64,000 bases of DNA from Balanoglossus misakiensis. Lineage: Eukaryota > Animalia > Hemichordata. How positions within the stretch are numbered: the stretch's first letter is position 1; each line of letters opens with the position of its first letter. The stretch lies in contig CM082585.2 of NCBI GenBank assembly GCA_040954595.2, forward strand, positions 7,727,353-7,791,352, in the 5' to 3' direction. Under the pieces are notes generated by a model. The model was given only the letters and a program-made list of their open reading frames with translations, searched no databases and was not told the origin of the DNA. Positions 36,701 to 49,400 of the stretch are shown one piece after another. The position numbers and the translations under genes were made by a program.

Positions 36701-39700
36701 TCTTTGGATTTTGTCCTTTGCGTAGAAGCGATACCAATCACCATTCAAAATGTAATAAACACATACGGTGGCCCAAAGCAAACAAACAAATAAATAAATA
36801 AATAAATAACCAAACAAACGGCCCATGGTGCAATACATTTGTTCATTTCAAGCATACATGTACTAAACAGCAAATCCTCTACTTTCAAATAAGATTGTTG
36901 CGAGTATGTGTGTAGGCACAATTCTTACCTCGTAAGCAAGTCGGGCCGCTCGGTGTAGCAGTGTTTCGCCAGAATTCTTGTTGACCATGATACGCTTCAT
37001 TTCTGGGAGGCAAAATAAGAGGATTTTTTTAAAATACACCTGTGTCACATTGCGTGAGAATGCACTTGTTGTGTTTAGTTATTTCATGTTCATCATTCCA
37101 CCCCTATTTTCCGTAAATGGTTCCTGCCATGTCTATCGCAAACAGCGGGATGGGGAGATGCGTGTATGTGCAGACGTGTCCATTGATAATTCAAAATCTG
37201 ACGAGGTTTAACATTTACGTCTTTTCACATGTTGTGTGCGTGATACGTGTCCTTGTCGCTTCTGCCGAGACTGAACCGATTAATTTGACCTCGACTTGTC
37301 CCCTCATCAATAATCGTGTCACTGCTCTCGGTCCAATTAGAAACGGAGACAGATCTCGTTCGTAGCGACAGGTTTAGTTGAATATTTGAATGAAATACCA
37401 CGGTAAATTTAGTGATAGACGCCATTTTAGTGTTTACACCTGGTTTCCCCCCCCCCCCCCCAAGAAATGTCACGAGCGGTGAGGGGTGAATTATCTCATC
37501 ACGTGATCTAGTCGAGACCGACTATGGATCATCGCGTGAACAGTGATCGCCATTGAAAAATTCAGGAAATACCTGGCGAGGCGCATCGAGAGGTTCAGAC
37601 AACGGCAAATATACAATTGAAATCGTGTCTCGGGGATACATTTGACATTTCAGCTTCGGAAGAACAAAATAAACTGCATAAAGAAAAAAAAAACTGCAAA
37701 CACGCATCGAGGGGGTATATACTCAAGCTTACTTGTATTCATAGCTAGCAATTAATGTGGTAGAAACATTTCTGGGCCATACATACCTGGAGGCATGGGT
37801 CGCGACGGACTGGCGTCATCTAACAAGTACTCCTCCTCGCTGTCATTTGCATGCGTGTTTTCCTTGTTGGATTCACCTACGTCACACTACACAGGATGAG
37901 CAACAACAAAAATTCGCAAAATTAGTACATGTGTGACGAATGCAGTGTCAAACAGTCAGCACAATTTCCTGTTATTCCAACGTCTTTGACCTTCAATGTC
38001 GACAGAGAACGAGGTCACTATCACAAACAGCGGTACCAACGTTCAGCTGCAAGCTTTTCTTGGGAAATAATCACACATTTATGTCTTCCACGAAAACGAC
38101 GTTGTTGTTTTTATCATTTGGGTTAATCCATCAAACCTAGTTCCTAGATATGGTAAAATGGCGACTTACTTTTACATCCGGGCATTCAATCTCTTCATAG
38201 TCGTCTGCTTCCCTTGGGTAGTTGGTTTTACGTGATCTCTTCCCGCCAGGTTTGGACAAAAGCCTCTTTCTCCTTTCTGTCTCCACTTCTTCCACGCTCG
38301 CCGTGGTGGCAACATCTTGATCGTCGTTGGAAGCGCCGCTCCCAGACACCAGCGTAATCTTGTTGTAGTTCGACGGGTCGATGATGCACCTCATGGGCTT
38401 GTTGTCTTCATCGTCCGCCGGCGTCTCGCCGCTTGGTTGCTCCGAGTCGCTGGTCACTTCTTGCTTAATTGTCAAGACACTGCCCATATCCACGTTCCTC
38501 GATAGGTTCCCTCTGCCTCTTCCTCTGCCCCTACCTCTTCCCCTCCCCCTGCCTCGGCCCCTCCCTCTGGCCCTGCCCCTCCCCTTGCAAAATTCTCCGC
38601 CCTCGCAATGATTCAGGTGAACCCGCAGAGCCCGCCCTCTGCCGAAACGCCCCCTGCCAAGTCCCTTGAAGTCGTACTTCTGCTTGACTTTCTCCCCGGC
38701 GAGCGTGGTGCTCTTGGTCGCGCGGGTGGCCGGGAAGTTGCCCCCGGGGCGCTCGTAGGGTCTCCGCTTCCTGGGCGGCGAGGCTTCGTCCCCGCTGACG
38801 CTGGCCACACTCAGCGAGCGTTTGCGGAAGAGCTTCTTCTGTTCCTCCTTCTCGATCTCTTGTTCGTACTTGGCGTTCTTGTTGTAGAACGGCTTCCGCT
38901 CCCGGAGAACCTTCGTGCCTAGAGATAAGGGGGAAACGACGTGCAATTTATCAGCATGGTACGATGAAACGGAGGAGAGAGCGTCGCTGGAAATTCTTCT
39001 TGTGATTTCTAGCTCCGAAAACCCGCAATCGGGCTGCTTCGCCGAATCAGGAATCGCAAGAACAAATTTAACCAATGACGGCACCAGAACAAATAATTTC
39101 TGGTCATCAAAAATTCCCAACTGGAAAAATACAAAAGAAAAAAATATTCCCTATAACAGCAAACTATACTTGTTAGTTCAAACGCGAGCTACAACGACGT
39201 GCAAATAACAAAAAAAAAACGAAAGTTAGTCCAACCATCTTGGAATATTATTGCTCTCAAAACGAGTGTGCCAAAATGGATTTGAATGACGTTGTACAAT
39301 AGACAATTAATGGATACCATCAGAATTATCATTTACTTGTCCGGCAAAACTGTCTTACAACGGCCGACCCACTGTGACGATCTCTGCATAAATTATGAAT
39401 GAAGTGCTCCAGCTACCGTGCATTATTATTTTCAAAAAAATCGTGATGATGATAATAACAATAAAAATAATAATCTAAATATTTTTTGATGATTAAAATC
39501 TATGTTAGTTAGTAGGGAAAAAGTGGGTGCAGAATTTTCAGACTATCGTCGAGGGAAGAGAGTGAATGCATATTTGACATACTGAATAAATTATAATAAA
39601 TAATGGGACTAGGCTATAGGTAAAAAAGATGGCGAGGCTTTGGGATGTTCCCTCAGCTGTGCCGCGGCACAGGCGGGAAAATCGACTGGCCTGCGTGGGC

Positions 39701-42700
39701 TTGCTACGGCCGTTACCTTCAAAACCACTGCGAGTCCTTTTCTCAAGAACTACTGGAACGAAGTCTTGGAACTCGCTGGCACCTGTGCAAGAAGAACAGC
39801 ACTGGATGTACTGTACACGTCGTGGGAAGGGGGGAGGGGAGGAGGAGGGATTGGAGATCGACTGTGCCAACTGCAGATCGCACAAGACATACGGATTTCC
39901 CAGCTTTACATTTTCGAGTGTTATTTTTTGACAGTCATCAACATAAAGGATTCTAAACGTAAAAAGGGGAGAGTTTAAAACACTCCCAGGCGAGAAATAC
40001 GAGTCCTGTGGCAAATTCAATATAGTAAGGGGACAGACAGCCATGAATATTAATATGAGGTTCTGTAAAGCAGCGTCTGTGATTACTGTTAATCGCCAAA
40101 AGCGTAAAATGTTTTTCTTCAAAGGAAGTTGACACTCTCACTGGCACGACTAGATTGCAGTAACCTTCATACTTAATTGCATAGTTTACACGCCCCCGTA
40201 TTCCTCGACATGCGCACTGCCGCCTTGGGCCACCATGGCCAATAGGAATACTCAAATTGCCAAATTTTGTTGGGATTCCATGCAAAACCACAAGAATCGT
40301 AGAATGTCAACCATCCTCGTAACAAAGCGAGCTGCGGCAGTCCCCTTAACTTAAAAACTGCAGTGGGCACAGCGCAAGACGATCCACCAGGGGGCGTTCA
40401 CTTTATCTAGAGAGGTGGGGGCAGATCGGAAAGCTGTACCGTCACGAAGTCTCACGGAAAATTAGTTTTGCTGTTCAGTATACCTGTAAGCGTTTTGAGT
40501 GAATGGTAAATACTTCGGCACGTCAATATTTTTTGGAATAATTCTCAGCAGGGTTCAAACGTGGTCTCGACAGTGAAGCCTTGGCACGTGTGAATATTGT
40601 GTCAGTAATTATATAAACGGAATGAATTCATGATACCAAGCGTCTTACTGAAATCGACGTCCGAAGCTCCTTCTGACGACAACAGAGACCGCATTTGAAA
40701 CGAAAAGAATGGCACTGCCAGCAAATGGGTTCATAAACATCACCACTGAAGGCGCTGCTGCCAAGAAACCCATTTTCTGCGAAACACTTCGCTTCTAGTA
40801 CAGCTTTGACGAGAATGAAGAAAAAAATAAACACGGAGGGAGACGAGACGATAATGAGAAGAGCCAAATCCTACCCTTCTTAACCCCACCGTCATCCTCA
40901 TGCTCAGATGATGTGGCAGTGGTTACTGTGGTAACAGTAGTGGGTGAGGATATCGGAGAGGCAGAAGCGGTGGAAACTGGCGTTGTGTGAAAGAAACCCT
41001 CAATGATCCCGTCCTCCAATGAATGCTTCCAATTCATAATTAGGTCATCTGGAAAGTGATTGACATCATTTCAATTATTTCCCCTCGTATACTTACCCTT
41101 CACGCACGGCTTGTTTTTTTTTATGCAGTTTGTGCCAAGCTAAATTACCTTCACACTTTTTTTTGCAATTTAGGCCAAACTAATTTTTTTTTGCTTCTCG
41201 TCCTAGCATGAGCCAGTTGCACAATTATCTCTGGGTATTCAGGCCAGGAAATGGAAGTCAGTGCCCCGTGTAGTGTGCCGACTTCGACAAACTGGTCTCA
41301 GCATGCAGTTTCTGCCCTCAATGATTTACAGTTTTGTTACGAGAGAGAACTAATCTTCGGCTTTTCACGAAATATGAAACTAGAAAGGTAGTAGGCACTG
41401 CAACGCAGAATGACAAGAAACGACGGCCTACCTGTTGATTCAATCTTCTTGGCTGTTGTGTGTTTGCCAACTTTGTACTTAAATCTACGGTGCAAGTTGG
41501 TTTCCTTTGCATCTTTGTGACTCGAGATATCCATGGCAACAGCGGAGGGTCTCTCCATCTTTACTTCCTCCCTGTCATCGTGCCTTTCTTCCTCTCCTCC
41601 TTCTACTCTCTGCTCTTCATCATCAATTGAAGTCTTTATTTTGGGATTCGGGCACGGAATTCCTCGTCTCTGCATCTCCATCTCGTTAAATCTCATCATA
41701 GCACGCTGTTCGGGCGAGAGGAGAAGAAAACATTGTTATCACATTCAAGTTGGTTCAAATAGAGAATATTTCTCCCCGTATCATTCCCTTAAATGTAGTC
41801 TGTGTAATTATTGTTGACCAACTGTATTTACACCTAGATTTTCAGTGACTCTGTTCTGTTAATAAATGTTTTCGTTTTACTCATGCTTAATATATTACAT
41901 GCATCGCACGTGCACGCTGTTAATTTATTTATTTATTCATGTGCCACGCTGAAGATGGCGTTACTCACCTGCAGGTGTCTCTCTTCTCTATTCAACAGAG
42001 AAGAATCCACGTACAGAAAATCATTCTTGGGCCGTTTGGGTTTGTCCGCCACGTACCCCTCCGAATTTCTTATCCTAGCTATCTCGATGGAGCGCTTGGC
42101 CTGCCTTCGCTGCTCGGCGGTGCACGGCGTCGGGGAGCCGCAGTAGCTCCCGGTGTCGTTCTCGTTGTCCGACGACGTCGTGGACAGCGTGGAGAGGGAC
42201 ATCACCGGGGTTGAGCTGTGCGAGATCTCGCTTTTGGAGAGCTGGACGACACAGCTCGTGGAGAGTTTAGCGTTTGTGAACACCCCCGAACAGCGGGAAG
42301 TCTTCAAGTCCATCGCTGCTGTCGACTGCAGTCCCAGTGATAGTTCAGGAATGCTAACCGGAGTCCCGATAGTCGTTTTGACATCGTTTCCCATGTTCAT
42401 AGTCAGTGTGCTATATCTGACATCAGAGACTCGGCTGTTGACTTCGGAGGCACTCACCTGCTGCACATGGTCCCTCTCAGCGGCATCTCTATCAGCCGCC
42501 GGGTACGGTGAAGCGGGAGAACCGACTGGCGTTGTGAGATCTATCACCTCGCCAATGACTGGTTTGGCCGGCACCTCTTTCCCAGATTCACCGATGCCGT
42601 CCGCATGCAAGGCACTCATCTGAGACCAGATATTCCTGTCGGTAGGTCGACTTTGCATAGAAGTGGCAGAAACCGGGGAGTTTCTCCGTTTCTCTCTGAC

Positions 42701-45700
42701 GCTCTTTTGTTTCGGGAAATGACCACTGACTGTTGCGGGCAAAGGCAGTGATGACGACGTGGACGACGGTACACTCGCGAACTGCCTACTTTGCAATGAC
42801 GAGAGGTACATGTTCTGACTCTGTTGCCATTGTTTCTGCGAGTATTCTTGCCTCAGTAGTTTCTGGCGAACGTACTGTTCTCTTGCATAAGACCGGGGAT
42901 CGCGGGGATGGACGCCGGTTACTGAGAAAGCTGATGGCTCAGCTGTTTGCTGCTTTGACGCGGGCTTTTGGAGGGCGTGCCTCAGTCTTTCTTCTATATT
43001 GTACGGGATGCTCTGCTTGTGGGCGTGCGAGTAAACCTGCGTGTCGTGATCGGATTGTATGTGGTGGTCTGTCGCTAGAACAGGCGGTCTGGCGCTGAGA
43101 GAATTCTTGCTGTGGCTTGGAGAGTTGGGGAGTTGGTGCACATCAGACGGTTTGTTGGTGGGCTGGGCGTGTGGCGGGCCGGAGCGGTGATACTTTGGCA
43201 GTGTGAGCGCGTTGTACAAAACATTGTTCGACGAATGGTCAAGGGTTGGTGGCTCTCTCGGGAGAGGCACTGTCGGTTTGGAGTGACTGGGAGACAGAGT
43301 CACGGGCGCCTGCGTGGAGTGCGGCGTCAGGACTGGCATCGGCGGGGACTTGGGCTCCACGGGGCTGTGCGAGTAGCCGTTGACCGGGACGTACGTGCAG
43401 GTACATTTCGACGGCTCCGACGAACACTGGCTGTATCCTGGCGACAGGTGCCTGCTCTGCGACGACTCGGCTAACCTGGGTGGTGTAGGGGGTTGGTGAC
43501 TCTGTTGCTGGTGGTGGTGGTGGTTCACCGGTGACTGTCCCTTGGGAATTTGTATATGCAGAGGCGACAGATTCGACGAAGGAGACCTGGATGGGGCATA
43601 CCTCTTGTCACAGGGTGGTCTCTCTAGGTTCATATGTCTTTGCTTGTACATGGTCTCCTCCTTATTTTTCTCCTGCTCGTCGAGGGGCTTCAGCAGTTTC
43701 CCCAGTTTAGCACCGGCAGCGAGGGAGTTCTGGATCATTCCTAGCGGAGAGGAGGATGTGTGCGGTGAGCGCGATCCACACTTTATAGTCCCGTGAACAG
43801 GCGAGCGGTCCGGTCCCTGCATGTGCATTGGAGATGATCTGTGGGGTGAACCGGAGGAGGAGTAGGAGGATGAGGAGGCTGAGGAGGAGGACATCAGCGT
43901 GTGTCTTTCTCTGTCTTTCCTCATGTACATCTTCTGGTTGAGGAACTGGTGCCTCGCGGAGTCAGACATGGTAGAGGGAGCATGATACGCGGATGTGGTG
44001 ACGGGAAGAGGTATGGAATGTCCGTGCGGCGACACAGACGAACTTGGGTAGTTGTTCACACTCTGCAGAGGGCGTTCAGGCGGTTTGCTGGCAGTGGGGT
44101 TCACGCGAGCCACCCGGACAGGCGAGTGGCCGTGCTGGGGAGACTTCGACGGCATCATAGTCAGGTGGGGAGGGGTCGATAGCTGCCGTCCCTCTGGGTA
44201 ATGCGCGCTTCCGTTCATTGTACTCTCTTGCGTGTCCATGGCAAAGGCCGACCTGACCATTCTCAACGGCGTTGGGATTAGAGGGGGGTCCATGTTGAAA
44301 GATGGCGTCGATGAATTCTTCTGCAGGGTGCCTGCATTGGACATCCTGTTAGCATCTGTGGATGGCACCTGGTAATATGAATGCATCGGTGACATCCTGT
44401 TTGCTTCGGAAGAAATCACCTGACGAAATGGTGAGTGTGCAGGCGAGCGCCCGGGAGAAGATCCTCGACTCATTTCCTGAGGTCTATTCAGTAGCTGTCT
44501 CTGCATCCCAATACTTCTTGGAGTTTCATTCACTATGGCATGAGAGAGGCCATTTTGATATCGACTAGGAGAGGCAACTGAATGTCTTGCGAAGTGTTCC
44601 TGCTCTTTGGGAAGGCTCGCACTGTTGTCTGCTCGGTTTGGTTTCTTGACTGACAAGTCCAGGGGCTTGCTCAAATCCAGGGCAGTCTCGTACACCGGCA
44701 AGTCGGGTGTTCTGGACGCATTTGTAGCATGCTGCTTCAGCAGTGGCGGCGGGAGTGTTGCATTGGGTCTTTGCCTCGGCGGTGAAGACAGCGAGTCCAT
44801 GGTCGCTCGGTAACGCATTTCTACAGATTTCTTTGGTTTCTTCTCAACAGCCGGCGTCAACTTTGGTGGCTGGTCATCTTGGGAATACCCGTTGGGTACA
44901 TGGTTTGTGCTCAGGTTAGGGGTCACCGAGGACACTGGAGTCTTTCTGACAGTTGACTCCATATCTGCAGATGGTACACATTGTGTTGTTGCAGTATACC
45001 GCTTCTGAATTGGAACAAAGCAGGAGAAGAACCATGTTAAATGTACTGACAGACTGACAAGAGATACATACACATGGTAGATCAGGACGGTAATTCGGGG
45101 CACATTTCCTATGCACCAACCAGGGCTAATGTTACACAGACAGGCACTGACAGACAGAGAGACAGACAGACAGACAGACAAATCAATTGATCGAAAGATA
45201 GACAAATGAAATCTTTATCAGTGACCACACTCAATAGAAAGATTACATTTAAATTTCCGTGCAGTAAAAATGAAAATTTCATAAAGACTACTTACCTTCT
45301 TGAAATGAATTGGTGGTGTCGAGTACAGCGGACGACTGTTGTTCGCGTTTGGACTTATATCTCTTGCTAGCTCATGACTTTGAAAACAATGCCTGGGAGA
45401 AGAAAAAACACAGAAAGCTTTACCGATATTCCCCAACAATCATGAATATCTTTTTTATATTCAGACACTAAAAATGGTTCACCAGTGGCAAAGACGAGGA
45501 AGAATCAACCTAGCATGTGTTCAGAAACATGTTTGAGAGAAATAGGTTTCTTGAAGGTGACGTAACAGCCTGATGATGACAATGCCTCATATTCAATTGC
45601 AAAAATTCGATATCACCTGCGCACTTTTGTACCTCGGAATCTGATCCAGCCGAGGCAATTACTGCATTATTTCTGCGGTGTGTTTTACATACTAATGACT

Positions 45701-46098
45701 CGCACAACTGCACAACGTTTATCATGGTTTTCACGATACATGCGCCAGCTTTTCGAAACTGATTCTCATCAAAAAACTGTGTCACAAAAGATCGTGATTT
45801 TGTGCCGAAAATGGAATCCACAAATTATATCTTCGTCTTTCGCAGACACTTGCCACGATATAACCACTGGTCTATGAAAACACTTACCACTGGTCATTGG
45901 AAAGCCACTGGTCTATGGAAACACTTACCTATCCTTCATATCATTGGAATAGTTTGCCGGAATCTTGGCTTTGAGCAGGGACTCAATCATACTGCTACTT
46001 CCGGGCAGGGCTAATCTTCCATTTTGACTGTCATCGGGCAAGGGCAACCCCTTGTTGTCCACGCCGTTCACCACGGTAGTTGATAGCGTGTCCACTCC
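33798..46098 (-). CDS. BCOR: BCL6 corepressor (BCOR/BCORL1)-like protein with ankyrin repeats and a C-terminal PUFD domain
   Basis: Exons in transcript order: 45929-46098, 45296-45392, 41969-45004, 41432-41705, 40875-41048, [optional exons within 39717-40803], 38170-38918, 37787-37886, 36929-37002, 35765-35931, 35467-35612, 34790-34903, 34471-34609, 33798-34164 (TAG). BCOR-like peptides [25 protein letters not shown]|[10 protein letters not shown] and [29 protein letters not shown]; ankyrins [12 protein letters not shown] and [28 protein letters not shown]; [13 protein letters not shown]...[15 protein letters not shown]. Confidence 0.92.
40384..40396 (+). promoter_or_regulatory. CTCF-like motif
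   Basis: CCACCAGGGGGCG matches the CTCF core consensus; it lies in a BCOR intron. Confidence 0.5.
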
Positions 46099-46497
46099 CT
46101 GCAGATAAGAAAGAAGAGAAAAACAAATACTGGGATAAGTTGCAGACTTCTCAATGGATGAAACGAGTTTAATACATGTATTTGTAGCGATGCACAGGTA
46201 AAGTGGTGATTAAGATTTCCACTAATGTCACGGGAACTTGTAATCGGCCCTGTAGTCGAACATTTATCCGAACAGAGAGCCGATTATCGTCCATCTCGTG
46301 AGCGGAAAACGTATATATAGTATACCCACAGCGTTTTCCATCCATAAGATAGAAATTGAAAATTGCAATGACCTTCCAGGAGAGAGAGAAATCGGTGTCG
46401 CTGTTTAACCCAGCAAATGCCTAGGGACGTTTACTTCGGTAAAACCAGGCAACCATTCAAACGCGATGTTCATTCTCGTGACCTCAATACGAGCACC

Positions 46498-49400
46498 GTC
46501 GCCATGGAAACAAAAACACCCGGCATGCTTATCACCACAAAAAAGTGGCGTTTAGTGACGTGTTTGTCGATCGGTGTACGCGAGTAGTTAACATTTCCAG
46601 TTGAAACTGACAATGTACACACTCAGTGGTGGGTGATAGTCGAACAACATCCTATCACATTCAATTCATGCCCTCGGTACGCCAGGCACCAGCGAAGAAC
46701 TTAGTACATACGACGTCTCGCAAGTCGAAATCACACCAACAAGACAATGATAAAAGAAGGAGTTTGTGAGATGACGCACTTTTTTCAGGAAACAACAAAA
46801 TACAATCGATATTTACACATCTTAAATGCTTGAGGGCGCGATGCGTAGCGTGTTTTTGATTTTATTGCCAGCATGATCGCAAAACCACCTCATTTCGAAT
46901 CAAACTGTTTTCTTTTTTAAAGAGTATATTTGCGTCGTGGTATTGTTCCGTCCCCGAAGCCTTGAATCTACGGCAATATCGTCACTATCTTAGCAGAGTG
47001 CGGTGACGTCGTGTTGTTGTACTGGTTGCCATGGAATCCGCAATCGCCTCGTGCGCCACCTATATATATATATATATACGTCATTAAAAATATAGTGTCC
47101 TGAACCTCATCACACGTCACTGAAAAAAAAATCAGACCCGTGTCTGGTGGACAGTGCGTAATTTAAACGTCGTATTCTAGCGCGCTTTGTGTTGCAAATG
47201 ACAATGATACAGCCGGGAAAACGCAGCTGACCACGGGAAGAACGACGGCGTGGAACAATGTGACTATGCATTCAGTCCTTACACAATCGCGGCCCAGAAT
47301 CAATATCGGATAAAAAAGAAATCAGCAGACGTCGACCGCAGTGCCATGAATTCGTTCCGGTGATCTCCTTTTTTATGTCGCCATGCCAACGTTGTCACCT
47401 TGATGACGCATGGCTTAGCATAATTATCCCGAGACCTTTCGATTCAAGGGGAAGCGGGGGAACTGGTTGAATGCTCGGGACAGACTGCAGGGGCGTGCTC
47501 TCCCTGGCTACTTCAGCCGTTAATTCTTCTGGGGGAAAGAACGACACGTCATAGGAAGGAAGTATAGGTGTTAAGACTGACCGCGGGTTCGTAAACAGTT
47601 CCGCGAGTCAGTCTTTTCACCGCATTGCTTTAACAGATTATCAGCTCCCATCTATTAGAGTATTTCGGGAAGGGACGCAGTCTCAGTAGCGATACCGCAA
47701 AACGGCGGTCGCGCACATTGGTTCACGATAATGACCTCGTTTCGGAATGCTTCACCTTTGTTATTTTTGCGAACGACAGAACGTCCGTCACACGTCACCT
47801 AAAAGTGTTAGACTTCACACCACCACTTGAGATGGGGGGGGGGGGGTCGGTCATTGAGGCACGTCACGAGTACAGAGTGCAGTGCACCCGGCCGTTCCAA
47901 CTTTTTGCTGACCCCGAAACCATATTTCATGGACTCTCCGCACGGGGCAGGCAACCGTTGACCGGTCACCCAGACTGATATACGCGCGGGACAAAATAAA
48001 AACATCGGGTGACTCTGCAAATCGATCGGCGGCTATGTAAGCTATGCTGGGATCGAACATGTCTGCCGAGATGGCGTTCTCAGACACTTCCACTCGCAAT
48101 TTCAGCGTGTCTCGTAACCACTGACAACAGATAATCTTTGGTGACGAGACTTATCCGACAAATTACACCTTTTATAATGGAACTCCGTTGTGCAGTGCAA
48201 TGGCGACTGCAATCCGTTGTATTTTACTATACGCTACAGCAGATACCAGGTGACAAAAAATCAGCCTTAGGCCCTACGACAAGTTTGCCCAATGGCTAAT
48301 AAGGCACGACGGACCGTTGAGATATACACTATCCTTCAAATTTCAAACGCCGTCGAAAAATTAAATCACGCTCGGCCAGAAGTAGCCACCCCAAGTTGCC
48401 ATGGAGACTTCCCACTGCTGTCGTCATAGGCAACTCTCTTTTACAAATAAATCTTTAACGGAAAGGCGGATGTGCATCAGCTCCGTCAAAACTATTTACT
48501 TTCAAGATTATATCGCCCGAAACTGACGCAAAGCTCTTTTGGGTCATTTTTACTCAATTGTAGACGTCTGCAAAATACAAAAGACATGATGTCTTTCCAC
48601 ACAAGGGGTCCGTTCAAATGTTGAACACAAAATGATGAGCTGCGGGCAAAGGTGTTTGGCAGTGCACGACTGAATTACTTTCGTGTGATGGCTGTACGCA
48701 ACACTTATCCCAATCGAGTTTACAAATACATCGATGTGCGAACGTAGTACAGTTTCTTGCTAGATTAAGCAAGATTTTCGCCACGATTCAGTGAGATTCG
48801 AAGCAGCTAAAATCCCTAACGTAAAATTCAACGGAACGAGTTTAATTAAATTTATCGCTGGACATTTCGACGATATAATTTATAACAGTTTCGCGATATT
48901 TTGATCACGGCGTTCGCTTTTCATACATACACGATCGGGTTACGTCAGAAGGAAATGTGCTTTCCTGTCGCCGTGGGAAACGTTTGTGGTTTTGACACGG
49001 TAAGGATTCTGAAATTGCCAGTTCACCATGGAAATGGTAAATGCCTGCATTAGTCGCGGCGCTAACAAATACACCAATAACAGCTGAAGCCTGTTTGTGA
49101 AATGGGACGGAAATTCCGGGTCAATTTCTGTTTAAGGGGTGTAGCCTAAATTAATGTGACCTGTACTGTAATTTCGCATATGAGTGACCTTTAAATCGAG
49201 TCTCGCTGGTGTTCCGTGTCTCGCGGTTTGTTGGTTAGCGGGGTGACCCCGTTAGTGTTGTTGCTAACCAAACCAAGACATACCTGTGACGTCATCAACC
49301 ACTAGCTGCAACACCCCGACAACATAAATAAGCGACGGGGATTTGCGTCGGTGGCTTGTTTTAAAAGTTTGGTGCATGGAACGCGAAGCCAGAGACAAAA

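Noticed and set aside
45005-45205. N-terminal 67 aa of the 1090-aa ORF
   Set aside because: This is intron sequence (TGTC repeat and pyrimidine tract) upstream of the acceptor at 45004.
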